From an uncultured bacterium (GTDB taxonomy: Bacteria; Zixibacteria; MSB-5A5; CAIYYT01), in assembly GCA_963726455.1 (NCBI GenBank), contig CAVSCK010000005.1:603841-667840 (forward strand): DNA of 64,000 bases, in the 5' to 3' direction. Made by a program: the position numbers and the translations under genes. Positions 51,603 through 61,571 of this stretch are shown piece by piece. The first letter of the stretch is position 1. Every line of letters starts with the position of its first letter. The notes under the pieces are model-generated. The model was given only the letters and a program-made list of their open reading frames with translations, was not told the DNA's origin and did not search any database.

Positions 51603-52337
51603 CAGTTGTACTCCCGCCCGCAGGCCAGGTATTCAATGATAAACGGATCAGTAGAAGCTTTGAATTCGTTCGGCGTGCCGCAAAAGGCAATCTTACCGTC
51701 GCGAATCAGCGCAAAACGGTCGCCGACATAGAATGCGGAGATCAAGTCATGGGTAACCACTATAGAGGTTACGTCGAACTTCTCCTGCGTGTTGCGAATC
51801 AGCTCATTTATCGTCTTGGCCGTCAATGGGTCAAGACCGGTCGTCGGTTCATCATAAAGCAGGTAGCGAGGCTGGTAGGCCAGCGCTCGCGCCAGGGCCA
51901 CGCGTTTACGCATGCCGCCGGACAGCTCGGACGGCATCAGTTTTTCGGTGCCGGGCAACTCAACAAAGGACAGTACCTCCGCCACCCGGTCGGCAATATC
52001 CCGCGGCGACTTGTCGGTGTGCTCATGCAACATATAGGCCACATTATCCTCGACCGTGAGCGAATCGAACAACGCCGCCGACTGGAACAACATGCCCATC
52101 TTTTTGCGCACCGGCACCATTTGATCTTCGGAGAAATTCGGTTGTGTCCTCATCGTCGATGATAATCCGACCCTGATCCTTGTCCAGCAGGCGCAGTATC
52201 AGTTTCAGCAGGACTGACTTGCCGCAACCCGATTTGCCGAGAATCACCATCGTCTGGCCCTCGCCGATATCCAGATCGATTCCGCGCAAGACGTGATTGT
52301 TCTCGAAGGTTTTGTGAATATCCTGCAGTTTTATCAA
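51602..52337 (-). CDS. mlaF: MlaF-type ABC ATPase (frameshift near 52138)
   Basis: GKSGCGKSVLLK, FQSAALFDSLTV, PSELSGGMRKRVALAR, LYDEPTTGLDP. Confidence 0.88.
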
Positions 52338-52348
52338 CGTTCACCCAC

Positions 52349-53153
52349 CTAGACTTCAAAGACCAGAAAGAAAATCTTGACCAGGATAAAGTCAAACAGA
52401 AAGATCAGGATCGACGATGTTACCACCGATAGCGTCGTCGACTTGCCGACGCCCTGCGTACCGCCGGTCGTATTCAGGCCGAGATAGCAGCCGACGATGG
52501 CGATGATCGTGGCAAAGACCACCGGTTTGACCAGCCCGGTAAATACGTCCTGCAGCGCCAGTGCATGAATCGTGGTCGACTTGTAAAAGCTGTAGTCCAG
52601 GCCGAGCGAATAGAGCGAGATTATCATGCCACCGATGATACCGATCAGAGTCCCCGAGAATTGTCAGAATCGGCAGCATAATCACCAGCGCGATCAGACG
52701 TGTCGTGACCAGTTTTTTGACCGGATTGGTGCCCATGGCGCGCATGGCGTCGATCTGTTCGGTTACCTGCATCGATCCGAGTTCGGCGGCAATACCGGCT
52801 CCGACGCGCCCGGCTACCACCAGAGAAGTAAGCACCGGTCCCAGTTCACGTACCATCGACAGTGCGACAACCACGCCAATGTAGACTTTGGCGCCGAAGC
52901 GTGCAATCTGGTAGCCGGTCTGCAGCGCCAGCACCATGCCCGTAAAGAAACAGGTCAGCAGAACAATAGATAGTGAGCGAACACCGATCTGTTCCATCTG
53001 CTCTATTATTGTTCGAAAATACGAAGGCCGACGGAACATGTAGCGGATCGAGTTCAGGAGGAGAACCGAAACCCCGTAGGTGTGAACGATCCCCTTGAAG
53101 ATCAGGTTGTTCTCGTTCAGATTAATTGCGTCTGCCAGTTTCGACCGCGCCAA
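52349..53153 (-). CDS. mlaE: MlaE-type ABC permease (frameshift near 52652)
   Basis: RELGPVLTSLVVAGRVGAGIAAELGSMQVTEQIDAM, GGTQGVGKSTT; TTG start with SD. Confidence 0.88.
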
Positions 53154-53583
53154 GTTCCTTCTCCAATGCCCGGAATAAACTATCTTCAAGTACACCGTAG
53201 GAAGTGCAGATGACTGTCTTTTGGTTTGCTCTGATAAGCAGTTTGGTTTTGAGATCGATGGTGACCTTTGCAGGTGTGCCGGAAGCGACGTTGACCCGCA
53301 TCACCCCCCGTCTTTGTCCCGGATATTCGGCTCCGAGCAGATTCTTGCCGCAGTCACAGTATTGCGGCAAAACATCAAAACTGTCGGACACGATAGTCCC
53401 GCCGCGTACATCGAATTTGGCGATACTGATACCGCCCGCTCTTAGCAATCCGGCAAGTTTGTCCATCAGCTCCTTGCGCTCCTTAACGTCATACGAGTAA
53501 GTTGCCAGCGGGTGCATCAGGGGCTCGCGCGGGGCGCATCCAGCCATAAGTAGCGACGCCAGAACCAGGCAGACGTACTTCAT
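53122..53583 (-). CDS. Hypothetical lipoprotein heading the mla operon
   Basis: MKYVCLVLASLLMAGC lipobox; YCDCG and CTSYGVLE. Confidence 0.7.
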   Translation of the reverse strand: MKYVCLVLASLLMAGCAPREPLMHPLATYSYDVKERKELMDKLAGLLRAGGISIAKFDVRGGTIVSDSFDVLPQYCDCGKNLLGAEYPGQRRGVMRVNVASGTPAKVTIDLKTKLLIRANQKTVICTSYGVLEDSLFRALEKELGAVETGRRN

Positions 53584-53797
53584 GGCGTGAATGTATGCTG
53601 TTTGAGTGCGGCAGAAAAGCATAAAGAATGTGCTGCCGTCTTCCCAACCGAAATTGGCATGGCCAAGAAGTAATTACGGAACTGATCGCGGCAACCGGCA
53701 CAAAAATAGGGTAATCATCGATTGGAGCATCTACCGCCGACTGCCGATAGCAGTATCAAAACGTAGCCGCGCGGAGCACGGCGTTTCTGTAGGAATT

Positions 53798-54118
53798 ATG
53801 CTCGTGAAGCTAAACTGCTGGGAATACAGAAGATGTGGTAGGGAACCGGGAGGGATCCGGGTGGACGAATTGGGGGTCTGTCCTGCCGCTGTCAATAACC
53901 CATTCAACGGTGAAAACGAAGGAAGATTCGCCGGTCGCTGTTGTTGGCTGATTGCCGGCACCTTGTGCGAGGGAGTCGTTCAAGGGAGTTTCGCCCACAA
54001 GATCAAGGATTGCACCCGCTGCGCGTTCTACTTTCTGGTCAGACAGGAAGAATCCGAAAAATTCCGCTCTCTTCGTAAGCCGGACAATCCGCATGGATCC
54101 GACTCTGATCCACAATAG
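53798..54118 (+). CDS. Two-CW-domain Cys-rich protein
   Basis: NCWEYRRCGREPGG...GVCPA...GRCCWLIAGTLC...CTRCAFY. Confidence 0.75.
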   Translation: MLVKLNCWEYRRCGREPGGIRVDELGVCPAAVNNPFNGENEGRFAGRCCWLIAGTLCEGVVQGSFAHKIKDCTRCAFYFLVRQEESEKFRSLRKPDNPHGSDSDPQ

Positions 54119-54140
54119 GAGCGTCTCCGGCCGCGGGAAT

Positions 54141-54791
54141 TCATTTAAGCTGCGCTTTGGAATTGCGGCGATGGCTGATATAGCCGACGATTGCTGGAAT
54201 CACTGAAATTAGAATGATCGCCAAAATGACCAGGGAAAAATTCTTTTGCACAAAGGGCAGATTGCCAAAGAAGTAGCCCGCATAGATAAAGAGACCCACC
54301 CAGAGAGTACTGCCAATAATATTGAAGAGCGTGTAGCGCCAATAGGTCATGGCGCCAATGCCGGCGATGAAAGGCACAAAAGTGCGGAAGATCGGCAGAA
54401 AGCGGCCGATAATTACCGCCAGGCCGCCATATTTTTCATAGAAGGCGTGCGTCTTGGTAAGGTATTCGCGTTTTAGAAAACGGCTGTTTGAAGTGAAGAC
54501 TTTCGGTCCCACCAGATGGCCGATAGAGTAATTAGCGGTATTGCCGAGAATACCCGCCACTGACAATAACAGGAACAGGTATTGCGAATTCAGGGCGCCG
54601 GCAGCAGCAAATGCTCCAGCGGCAAAAAGCAGTGAGTCTCCCGGCAGAAATGGCGCCACGACCAGCCCGGTCTCGCAAAAGATGGTTGCCGAGAGGATGC
54701 CGTAAGTCCAGCCACCATATTGGCTGATAATCTGGCCGAGATGTTTGTCGAGGTGCAGGAAGAAATCGAGGATATCTGCCAGGAAAGTCAT
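54141..54791 (-). CDS. dedA: DedA family membrane protein
   Basis: IFCETGLVVAPFLPGDSLLFAAG, FYEKYGG, RFLPIFRTFVPFIAG. Confidence 0.93.
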   Translation of the reverse strand: MTFLADILDFFLHLDKHLGQIISQYGGWTYGILSATIFCETGLVVAPFLPGDSLLFAAGAFAAAGALNSQYLFLLLSVAGILGNTANYSIGHLVGPKVFTSNSRFLKREYLTKTHAFYEKYGGLAVIIGRFLPIFRTFVPFIAGIGAMTYWRYTLFNIIGSTLWVGLFIYAGYFFGNLPFVQKNFSLVILAIILISVIPAIVGYISHRRNSKAQLK

Positions 54792-54907
54792 TACATCCCA
54801 TCGCGGCCGAATCGGCTCAGGTTGAAGAGTCCGCAATTATCCAAGCTACAGTCCCTTTGTTAAGATGGCCAATGAACGCTTGATCGCAGCCGCCGGCTAA
54901 TAAAAAA

Positions 54908-54980
<73 letters not shown>

Positions 54981-54992
54981 ATTCTCACTAGA

Positions 54993-55064
54993 TGAGGGTG
55001 GATGGGATCGAACCATCGGCCCTATGCTTAAAAGGCATATGCTCTACCACTGAGCTACACCCCC
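54993..55064 (-). tRNA. tRNA-Lys (anticodon UUU), CCA not encoded
   Basis: GGGGGTG-TA-GCTCAGTGGTAGAGC-A-TATGC-CTTTTAA-GCATA...GATGG-TTCGATC-CCATC-CACCCTC-A cloverleaf. Confidence 0.93.
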
Positions 55065-55080
55065 ACATCAATAGGTACGC

Positions 55081-55108
55081 AATGTATAAACTTTCTGTCG
55101 GCTGTCAA
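55081..55108 (-). promoter_or_regulatory. sigma70 promoter of the tRNA-Lys pair
   Basis: Minus strand TTGACA-N16-TACATT. Confidence 0.6.
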
Positions 55109-55273
55109 CCGGAATGCGCGGAATTTTGTCGACAGTTTTGCGGCCACCCGGAAACCGCCGCCAATCCATTCAGCTTGCAGGCAGTGAAATTGAACAATTT
55201 GCTTGCGGTTTCGTTCACTTATATAGAGAATCGAATCTACGAGAAAAAGACGGCGTATCTTTTCGGTGGAACC

Positions 55274-57325
55274 ATGAAACATGCACATGCCATCGTTGGC
55301 CGATTGGCGATTGTCGCCGTGACCGTGCTAGTCGGCTGCGCCACGCACCGGCAGTTGACACAGCTTGAGATCGACGGCACGCTCGCGAACGTCGACGCCA
55401 TGCTGGGTCGCGAACAGCCGGACAGCGCCGCCTGTTTGATGAACGAACTGGCGCACTCGCTGCCGAACGACACCATGCTTCTCTGGCGTCAGGCGTTTCT
55501 CAATCATCAGGTGGAATCGGTGCAGGGGCGACGAGTAGCGTCACGGGCGCTCGGCAGACTAATCGAGATCTCACCTCAGGAGCCAAAATATCACTACGAA
55601 CTGGCTCAGGTACTGGTCGACCAGACACGCGAGGGACCGGCGCGGACAGAGCTTTATCGTACAATCGAGCTATCGCCTACGGATGAACAGCCGTACCTGG
55701 CGCTGGCTGACTTGTATCTCAAGCCCTTCTTTACGAAAGACGAGCAGGATCATGCCGACTCCGCGGAGCTAGTCCTGAAGCGGTTGGCGGCGCGCAATCC
55801 GGAATCGCTTGCCGGTTTGGGAAAATTGGCCAGTATCCAGGCCGTGCGCGGCGAATACGACAGCGCGACGCGGTACGGCGAATTAGCTCTTGAGGAAGAT
55901 TCCACTGCCGTCGAACCCAATCTGGTTATGGGCTATGTGAAGTATCAGGTGAGGGATTTCGTAAAGGCGGATCGCTATTTCCGCCGGGCGATCGCCATAA
56001 TGGACAGCGAGTCAAGTGCCGGCTACCGATCGATTGAATTCCTGATCCCGCCGCATTCGATGAAACCATACCGGAAGATGAGCCCTCACGAGCGCGACAG
56101 TCTGGAAACCAAATTCTGGGAAATGACCGACATCGATCCGACGACGAGCGTCAATGAACGTCAGGTCGAACACTGGGCGCGCGTTTGGGAGGCCAATCTT
56201 TGTTTTTCGGATCCGCGTCAGGAGCGGATCGGCTGGAAAACGGATATGGGCGAGACCTTGATTCGTCTCGGACGGCCGGACGAAAAAGAACGCCGCCGTA
56301 TGGGCATGGCACTGACTGATATATCGCCGGTTTGGTACTGGCAGTATCGCTCTGTCGCCTTCCCCTGCACACTGGCATTTGTCGACCAGATGCAGTCGGG
56401 CAATTATACTTTTCCGTTTCCGTTTCGCGACAACACGGGGAGTTACCGCCTGTCCTCCAGCCAGGAGGTTGCCTACACGAACTACCTGCGCAAGCCGCAG
56501 CAGTCGACCGTAGAAAGAGAGCGGCTGCCCATCGGTCTGGCGAGCGACATCTATCAATTTCGAGGCGACGACAGTAACGCGGTGGTGCTGGAGTATCTGG
56601 CGATCGCGAAAGATGATCTCACGCGGTCAAAGGATACTGCGATCCAGCCACTGATGCTGCGTCAGGCATTGAGAGATACAAGCGGCATACTCCTTTGGCA
56701 GTCCGATACGACCATCTCGATACCCGACAATGTCACCCCACCCGCAATCGACAGTCTGTACGAGAAGCGTCTGCTTCAATATATGCCGGGTACCTATGAA
56801 TTGTCGGCAGCGCTTGAGCAGGCGCAAGAGAACAAGTTCGGGTTGATCAGGGACACGATCCGGATCGAAAGTTTCAAGCCAGACGAAATCGGGATGTCCG
56901 ACCTGTTGATCACTTCCGATTCGATTACGGGTCCGTCCCTGGGAGTCTTTTGGAAAGGGGGCGCCAGGGGTGTCCCGCGACCCGAACGTGTATTGTCCGG
57001 TTCGAGTCCGGTCTATCTCTACTTCGAGATTTACAATTTGCCGTTTGATATTTATCGGCAGTCCAGCTATCAGGTTTCCTACACCATGCAGCTTCTCAAA
57101 CCGACCGAGGTTGGCGTGCGCGGATTTCTTTCCAAGTTGGCGCCGCGCAAGAAAGAGTCGATCACGATGACACTGCACGAAGTGGGCACGGCTCGTGATA
57201 TCCCACGCTTTATCGCACTCGACATCGGTGAATTGCGTCCGGGCACTTACCTGCTGACAATGCAGGTTACCGATCAAATCTTCAATCGCACTGTGAGTCG
57301 GTCGAAGACACTGACGATCCTGTAA
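55274..57325 (+). CDS. GWxTD-domain lipoprotein with N-terminal TPR repeats
   Basis: Lipobox LVGC, TPR helices, FW...DP.T..NE...EHWARV..AN, GWKTDMG...IRLGRPD. Start moved to ATG 55274 because the track ORF overlaps the tRNAs. Confidence 0.88.
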   Translation: MKHAHAIVGRLAIVAVTVLVGCATHRQLTQLEIDGTLANVDAMLGREQPDSAACLMNELAHSLPNDTMLLWRQAFLNHQVESVQGRRVASRALGRLIEISPQEPKYHYELAQVLVDQTREGPARTELYRTIELSPTDEQPYLALADLYLKPFFTKDEQDHADSAELVLKRLAARNPESLAGLGKLASIQAVRGEYDSATRYGELALEEDSTAVEPNLVMGYVKYQVRDFVKADRYFRRAIAIMDSESSAGYRSIEFLIPPHSMKPYRKMSPHERDSLETKFWEMTDIDPTTSVNERQVEHWARVWEANLCFSDPRQERIGWKTDMGETLIRLGRPDEKERRRMGMALTDISPVWYWQYRSVAFPCTLAFVDQMQSGNYTFPFPFRDNTGSYRLSSSQEVAYTNYLRKPQQSTVERERLPIGLASDIYQFRGDDSNAVVLEYLAIAKDDLTRSKDTAIQPLMLRQALRDTSGILLWQSDTTISIPDNVTPPAIDSLYEKRLLQYMPGTYELSAALEQAQENKFGLIRDTIRIESFKPDEIGMSDLLITSDSITGPSLGVFWKGGARGVPRPERVLSGSSPVYLYFEIYNLPFDIYRQSSYQVSYTMQLLKPTEVGVRGFLSKLAPRKKESITMTLHEVGTARDIPRFIALDIGELRPGTYLLTMQVTDQIFNRTVSRSKTLTIL

Positions 57326-57432
57326 CCCAGCCCTCGCACGGTCAAAAAAGCTTTGGCATTCCCCCTGCGATTGCGTATTTTCCCGCGTTAAATCAGCTTG
57401 GCTTTCGCTTAAGTTTATTAAGGAGCAAACCA

Positions 57433-57990
57433 GTGAACCTCATACCCAAAATGATTTTCTTGACCAAGGGTGTGGCCAAACATAAGGAAAAGCTCGCATC
57501 CTTCGAGTTGGCGCTGCGCGACGCCGGCATCGCCCATTTGAACCTGGTCAATGTATCATCAATCTTTCCGCCGGGATGTAAATTGATTTCGCGCCAGGCG
57601 GGACTGAAACATCTGAAAGCCGGGCAGATCGCCTTTCTGGTCATGAGCCGCGAATCGACCAACGAGCCGCACCGGCTGATCTCGGCGTCCATCGGCCTGG
57701 CAATCCCGAAAACCAAGACTAAATTCGGCTACCTGTCGGAGCATCATGCCTGCGGCCAGACACAAAAATTCGCCGGTGACTATGCCGAGGATTTGGCGGT
57801 ACAGATGTTGGCCTCGACCATGGGCCTGGAAATCGACCTCGATAAATCGTATGACGAAAACAAGGAAATCTGGAAGGTCAAGGGCGACATCGTCTACTCT
57901 CGTAACATCACGCAATCAGCCGAGGGGGACAAGCGCGGTAATTGGACGACAGTTTTGGCGGCGGCGATGTTAATCATCGATCATGTATAG
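57433..57990 (+). CDS. pdaD: Pyruvoyl-dependent arginine decarboxylase
   Basis: SFELALRDAGIA..NLVNVSSIFP (S-S cleavage site), GYLSEHH, WTTVLAAA. Confidence 0.92.
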   Translation: MNLIPKMIFLTKGVAKHKEKLASFELALRDAGIAHLNLVNVSSIFPPGCKLISRQAGLKHLKAGQIAFLVMSRESTNEPHRLISASIGLAIPKTKTKFGYLSEHHACGQTQKFAGDYAEDLAVQMLASTMGLEIDLDKSYDENKEIWKVKGDIVYSRNITQSAEGDKRGNWTTVLAAAMLIIDHV

Positions 57991-58002
57991 GAAATCTACG
58001 AA

Positions 58003-59040
58003 ATGAAGAAGCATTTACAGACCCCCACGCAGCCGTTCGTCCCGGATGCAAAGAAAACCACGGCGCAGGTGCTGAATGATATGCTCGGCATTTCTTTTCA
58101 GGGACGCACGCTGGGAATCGCCTTTGATATTTGGAAACGCATGTTACAGGATGAGGTCGTGATCTGGTTCGGCCTTTCCGGCGCCATGGTGCCCGCCGGC
58201 ATGCGGTCGCTGCTGGTGTTCCTGATCGAGAACCGTATGATCGACGTGCTCGTGTCGACCGGTGCAAATCTGTTCCATGATGCGCACGAGACGCTTGGTC
58301 GACAGCATTTCATCGGCACACCGAATATCAACGACACCGAACTGCGCGCCGAAATGGTTGACCGGATGTATGACACCTATGCCGATGAGGAAGAATTCCG
58401 CCTATTAGATGAATACTTCGGTGATTGGGCTGTCGACACGCTTGATCCCAAGAAGCCGTACAACACGCGGCAAGTGCTGTCTCTGTGGGGCAAACATCTC
58501 GCCGCCAACCAGAAGACCGAAGGAATTGTCACGGCGGCATACAAGCATGGCGTGCCGATTTATTGCCCGGCTATGGCTGATTCATCATACGGCATCGCAC
58601 TAGCGGGAGCGGTTCATCGCCGCAAGAAGACGGTGCAAATAGATATCATGAACGACGCGCTCGAAACGGCGCAGGTGTTTGGCAAATCGAAGGCATCGGG
58701 CGTGATCTATATTGGCGGCGGCGTTCCGAAAAATTTCACCAATCAATCAGCCGTGACGGCGGATATCCTGTTCAGCGATGCGCCTGACGGCCACAGATAT
58801 GCCATCCAAATCACTTCCGATGCGCCACACTGGGGCGGCCTGTCGGGCTGTACCTTCAGCGAGGCAGAATCCTGGGGCAAGATCAACCAGCAGGCGCGAA
58901 CTATAGCAGTCTATGCCGACGCCACGCTCTGTCTGCCGTTTTTGGCGACCGGTCTGGCGCAGGAGGCGATGGAATTCGCGCGAAAACGCAAGAAACCGCA
59001 GTTTACCTTCGAGCCGGAAGTCAAAGTAGAATACAAGTAG
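58003..59040 (+). CDS. Deoxyhypusine synthase-like protein (probable homospermidine synthase, SpeY-like)
   Basis: GLSGAMVPAG, VSTGANLFHD, CPAMADSSYG, IGGGVPKNF, WGGLSGCTFSEAESWGK with catalytic Lys. Confidence 0.88.
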   Translation: MKKHLQTPTQPFVPDAKKTTAQVLNDMLGISFQGRTLGIAFDIWKRMLQDEVVIWFGLSGAMVPAGMRSLLVFLIENRMIDVLVSTGANLFHDAHETLGRQHFIGTPNINDTELRAEMVDRMYDTYADEEEFRLLDEYFGDWAVDTLDPKKPYNTRQVLSLWGKHLAANQKTEGIVTAAYKHGVPIYCPAMADSSYGIALAGAVHRRKKTVQIDIMNDALETAQVFGKSKASGVIYIGGGVPKNFTNQSAVTADILFSDAPDGHRYAIQITSDAPHWGGLSGCTFSEAESWGKINQQARTIAVYADATLCLPFLATGLAQEAMEFARKRKKPQFTFEPEVKVEYK

Positions 59041-59163
59041 ATATCAGGGCGATCTTCCCGGTCGCCCCGTCTCACTGCAATCGCTCCGGGAACCCAACTT
59101 CACGTTATCCGTTTAACGGTCAGAACAAATGGACGGCAGAGCTGTCTGCCGAGGAGAATTGTG

Positions 59164-60150
59164 ATGTCGGAGTCAATCGAAGACAAAGTTCGTATCGAAC
59201 CGGCCGGCGATATCGAATTACTCGACGCCTACTCGAGAGCAGTAATGTCGGTTGTCGATACGGTCGCTCCGGCAGTCGTGAGCGTCGGCGTCAGCGCGGC
59301 GTCCCCGCGTGGCAGCGGTCTGCGTGAAGGCAGCGGCTCGGGAATGGTAATTGCCGCCGACGGCTACATTCTGACCAACAGCCATGTGGTGCATACCGCC
59401 AAAGCAGTGCGGGCTTACTTCATGGACGGTACGGAATTGCCGGCTGAAGTTGTCGGCGATGATCCGGCTACTGATCTGGCTGTTGTTCGTGTGGATGGTT
59501 CCGGCCTGCCGAGTGTAACGTTGGGCGACTCGGATGCGCTCAAAGCAGGGCAACTTGTTATTGCGATCGGCAACCCGCTAGGATTTCAGTCCTCGGTGAC
59601 GACCGGGGTGGTAAGTTCGCTGGGCAGGGCATTGCGTTCGAGCGACGGCCGCTTGATCGAAAACATAATTCAACACACAGCGCCGTTGAATCCCGGCAAT
59701 TCCGGCGGACCGCTGGTAGACTCACGCGGCAGGGTCGTCGGCGTGAACACCGCGATTATAGCTATGGCTCAAGGGATCGGCTTTGCCATACCGGCACGAA
59801 CCGCCGAGTGGGTGGTCACTGAATTGTTGACCAAGGGGAGAGTGCGCCGCGCCTATCTCGGCATCGGTGGTCGCACCAGGCCGTTGGGACGCAGAATGAG
59901 TCGCTTTCACCGGGTATCGAACAATTACGCGGTTGAGGTGTTCAGCGTCGAACCGAACGGCCCGGCAGCGCGCGCGAGATTTCACGAAGGCGATTTGCTC
60001 GTGGCTATTGCCGATACCGCGCTCAACAGTATCGACGACCTCCATCGTTTTCTAAGTCATTGGCCGGTAGGGACCCCGGTGAAAGTGACGATCTTGCGCT
60101 ACAGCGAAAAGGTTGAATTGGAAGTTACGCCGGGCGAGGCCGGCAATTAA
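59164..60150 (+). CDS. HtrA/DegQ-like trypsin protease with PDZ; no signal peptide
   Basis: GSGSG, LTNSHVV, DPATDLAV, LNPGNSGGPL, C-terminal PDZ. Confidence 0.92.
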   Translation: MSESIEDKVRIEPAGDIELLDAYSRAVMSVVDTVAPAVVSVGVSAASPRGSGLREGSGSGMVIAADGYILTNSHVVHTAKAVRAYFMDGTELPAEVVGDDPATDLAVVRVDGSGLPSVTLGDSDALKAGQLVIAIGNPLGFQSSVTTGVVSSLGRALRSSDGRLIENIIQHTAPLNPGNSGGPLVDSRGRVVGVNTAIIAMAQGIGFAIPARTAEWVVTELLTKGRVRRAYLGIGGRTRPLGRRMSRFHRVSNNYAVEVFSVEPNGPAARARFHEGDLLVAIADTALNSIDDLHRFLSHWPVGTPVKVTILRYSEKVELEVTPGEAGN

Positions 60151-60287
60151 TTTGCCAAAAAGTTTTTGGTAATTTTCCGATAATAGAGGTACAAGTATAC
60201 AAAGCGGCAAGCATTGCTTGCGTAGCTTTCGTATGAAGTCTGAGAGATCGTAAAAGTTGTGCACCTGACTCAACAGGAGTTCCCCAA

Positions 60288-61139
60288 ATGAAAGTCGGAT
60301 TTGTCGGCCTGGGTAATCTCGGCAAGGCGATGGCCACGAGACTTCGTTCCCAGGGTGTTGATCTTATAGTCTGGAATCGGACGCCAAACAAGGCGATGAA
60401 CCTCGGTGTGCGGATGGCTGTTCACCCGGCGGCGTTGATGGCGGAATCCGAAATAGTGTTCCTGAATCTCTTCGATAGTCTTGCCGTAAAGTCGGTATTG
60501 GGCGGAAAGACGGGACTGCTGGCAGGCGACTGCAGCAACAAGCTGGTTATTGATACCACAACCAATCACTTTCAGACGGTGGCCGAGTTTTACAAACTGC
60601 TTGCCGAACGGGGAGCGCAGTATCTGGAAGCACCGGTGCTTGGCACTGTACGCCCGGCATTGGAGGGCACTCTGACAATGCTGGTTAGCGGGGATCAAGG
60701 CGCTTATGATCGCGCTTTGCCGTACCTGCAAAAACTGGCAGCCAAGATCTTCTATCTCAAAGAGAAAACTCTAGCCACCAAATTGAAGCTGATCAACAAT
60801 CTCGTGCTGGGGTCGTTTATGGAAACGATTGCGGAAGCAGTCGCCATGGGCGAGAAAGCTGGGACCAGCCGGGAATCGGTTCTTGACATACTCAGTTCGG
60901 GTGCGGGCAATTCAACCGTGCTCAATGGCAAACGGGAGATGTTGATCCGAGGCGAATTTCCGCCGCAATTCTCGCTGGCGGCCATCCACAAGGATTTGAA
61001 CTACTTGAAGGACTTGGCGGCAGAGATGAACCATCCAATGTGGTCCGGTGAGACCGCCCGAACGGCATTCGCTAAAGCCATAAATGAGAATCACGCTGAT
61101 CTGGACTTTGCGGCCGTGTACAATATCTTTCGCAGTTGA
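60288..61139 (+). CDS. NAD(P)-dependent beta-hydroxyacid dehydrogenase family
   Basis: GFVGLGNLG, EAPVLG, KLINN, F.....KDL. Confidence 0.9.
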   Translation: MKVGFVGLGNLGKAMATRLRSQGVDLIVWNRTPNKAMNLGVRMAVHPAALMAESEIVFLNLFDSLAVKSVLGGKTGLLAGDCSNKLVIDTTTNHFQTVAEFYKLLAERGAQYLEAPVLGTVRPALEGTLTMLVSGDQGAYDRALPYLQKLAAKIFYLKEKTLATKLKLINNLVLGSFMETIAEAVAMGEKAGTSRESVLDILSSGAGNSTVLNGKREMLIRGEFPPQFSLAAIHKDLNYLKDLAAEMNHPMWSGETARTAFAKAINENHADLDFAAVYNIFRS

Positions 61140-61245
61140 ATCATTTCGGCCGGCCCGCTCTGCGAATAACATCTAATATCGCCTGTTGTCCATACGAGAA
61201 GGAGCGGATATCATACCGGTACAAGGCAAATGAAAAGGAGTCTAT

Positions 61246-61530
61246 ATGGCATCCTACATTATGGCGATGACGATTAACCCCAACGCCAAGAAGGCGCATC
61301 CTGATCTGTCGCATCAGGTCAACAAATCCCTGGACGCGTTTGCTGAAAACAATGTCAAGGTCACCAACATCTATGCGACCCTTGGCCGCTACGACTACCT
61401 GGCCGTGTTCGATGCGGTCGACCAGAAGGTAGCTTTCAAAGTAGCCAGCGACATAAACGCTCGCGGAATCCTGGAGACCGAGACCTGGCCGGTGATTCCG
61501 TACCAGGAATACACGGCGTTGATCGGGTAG
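61246..61530 (+). CDS. GYD-domain protein
   Basis: IYATLGRYDYLAVFDA...G.LETET; SD AAAGGAG. Confidence 0.8.
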   Translation: MASYIMAMTINPNAKKAHPDLSHQVNKSLDAFAENNVKVTNIYATLGRYDYLAVFDAVDQKVAFKVASDINARGILETETWPVIPYQEYTALIG

Positions 61531-61571
61531 CTGCAGTCAATAACGCGATTGTCGGCAGAACAGAATAGAAA

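Noticed and set aside
54992-55273. N-terminal 94 aa of the 777-aa ORF
   Set aside because: Antisense to tRNA-Lys and its promoter; the true start is ATG 55274, which gives a lipoprotein signal.
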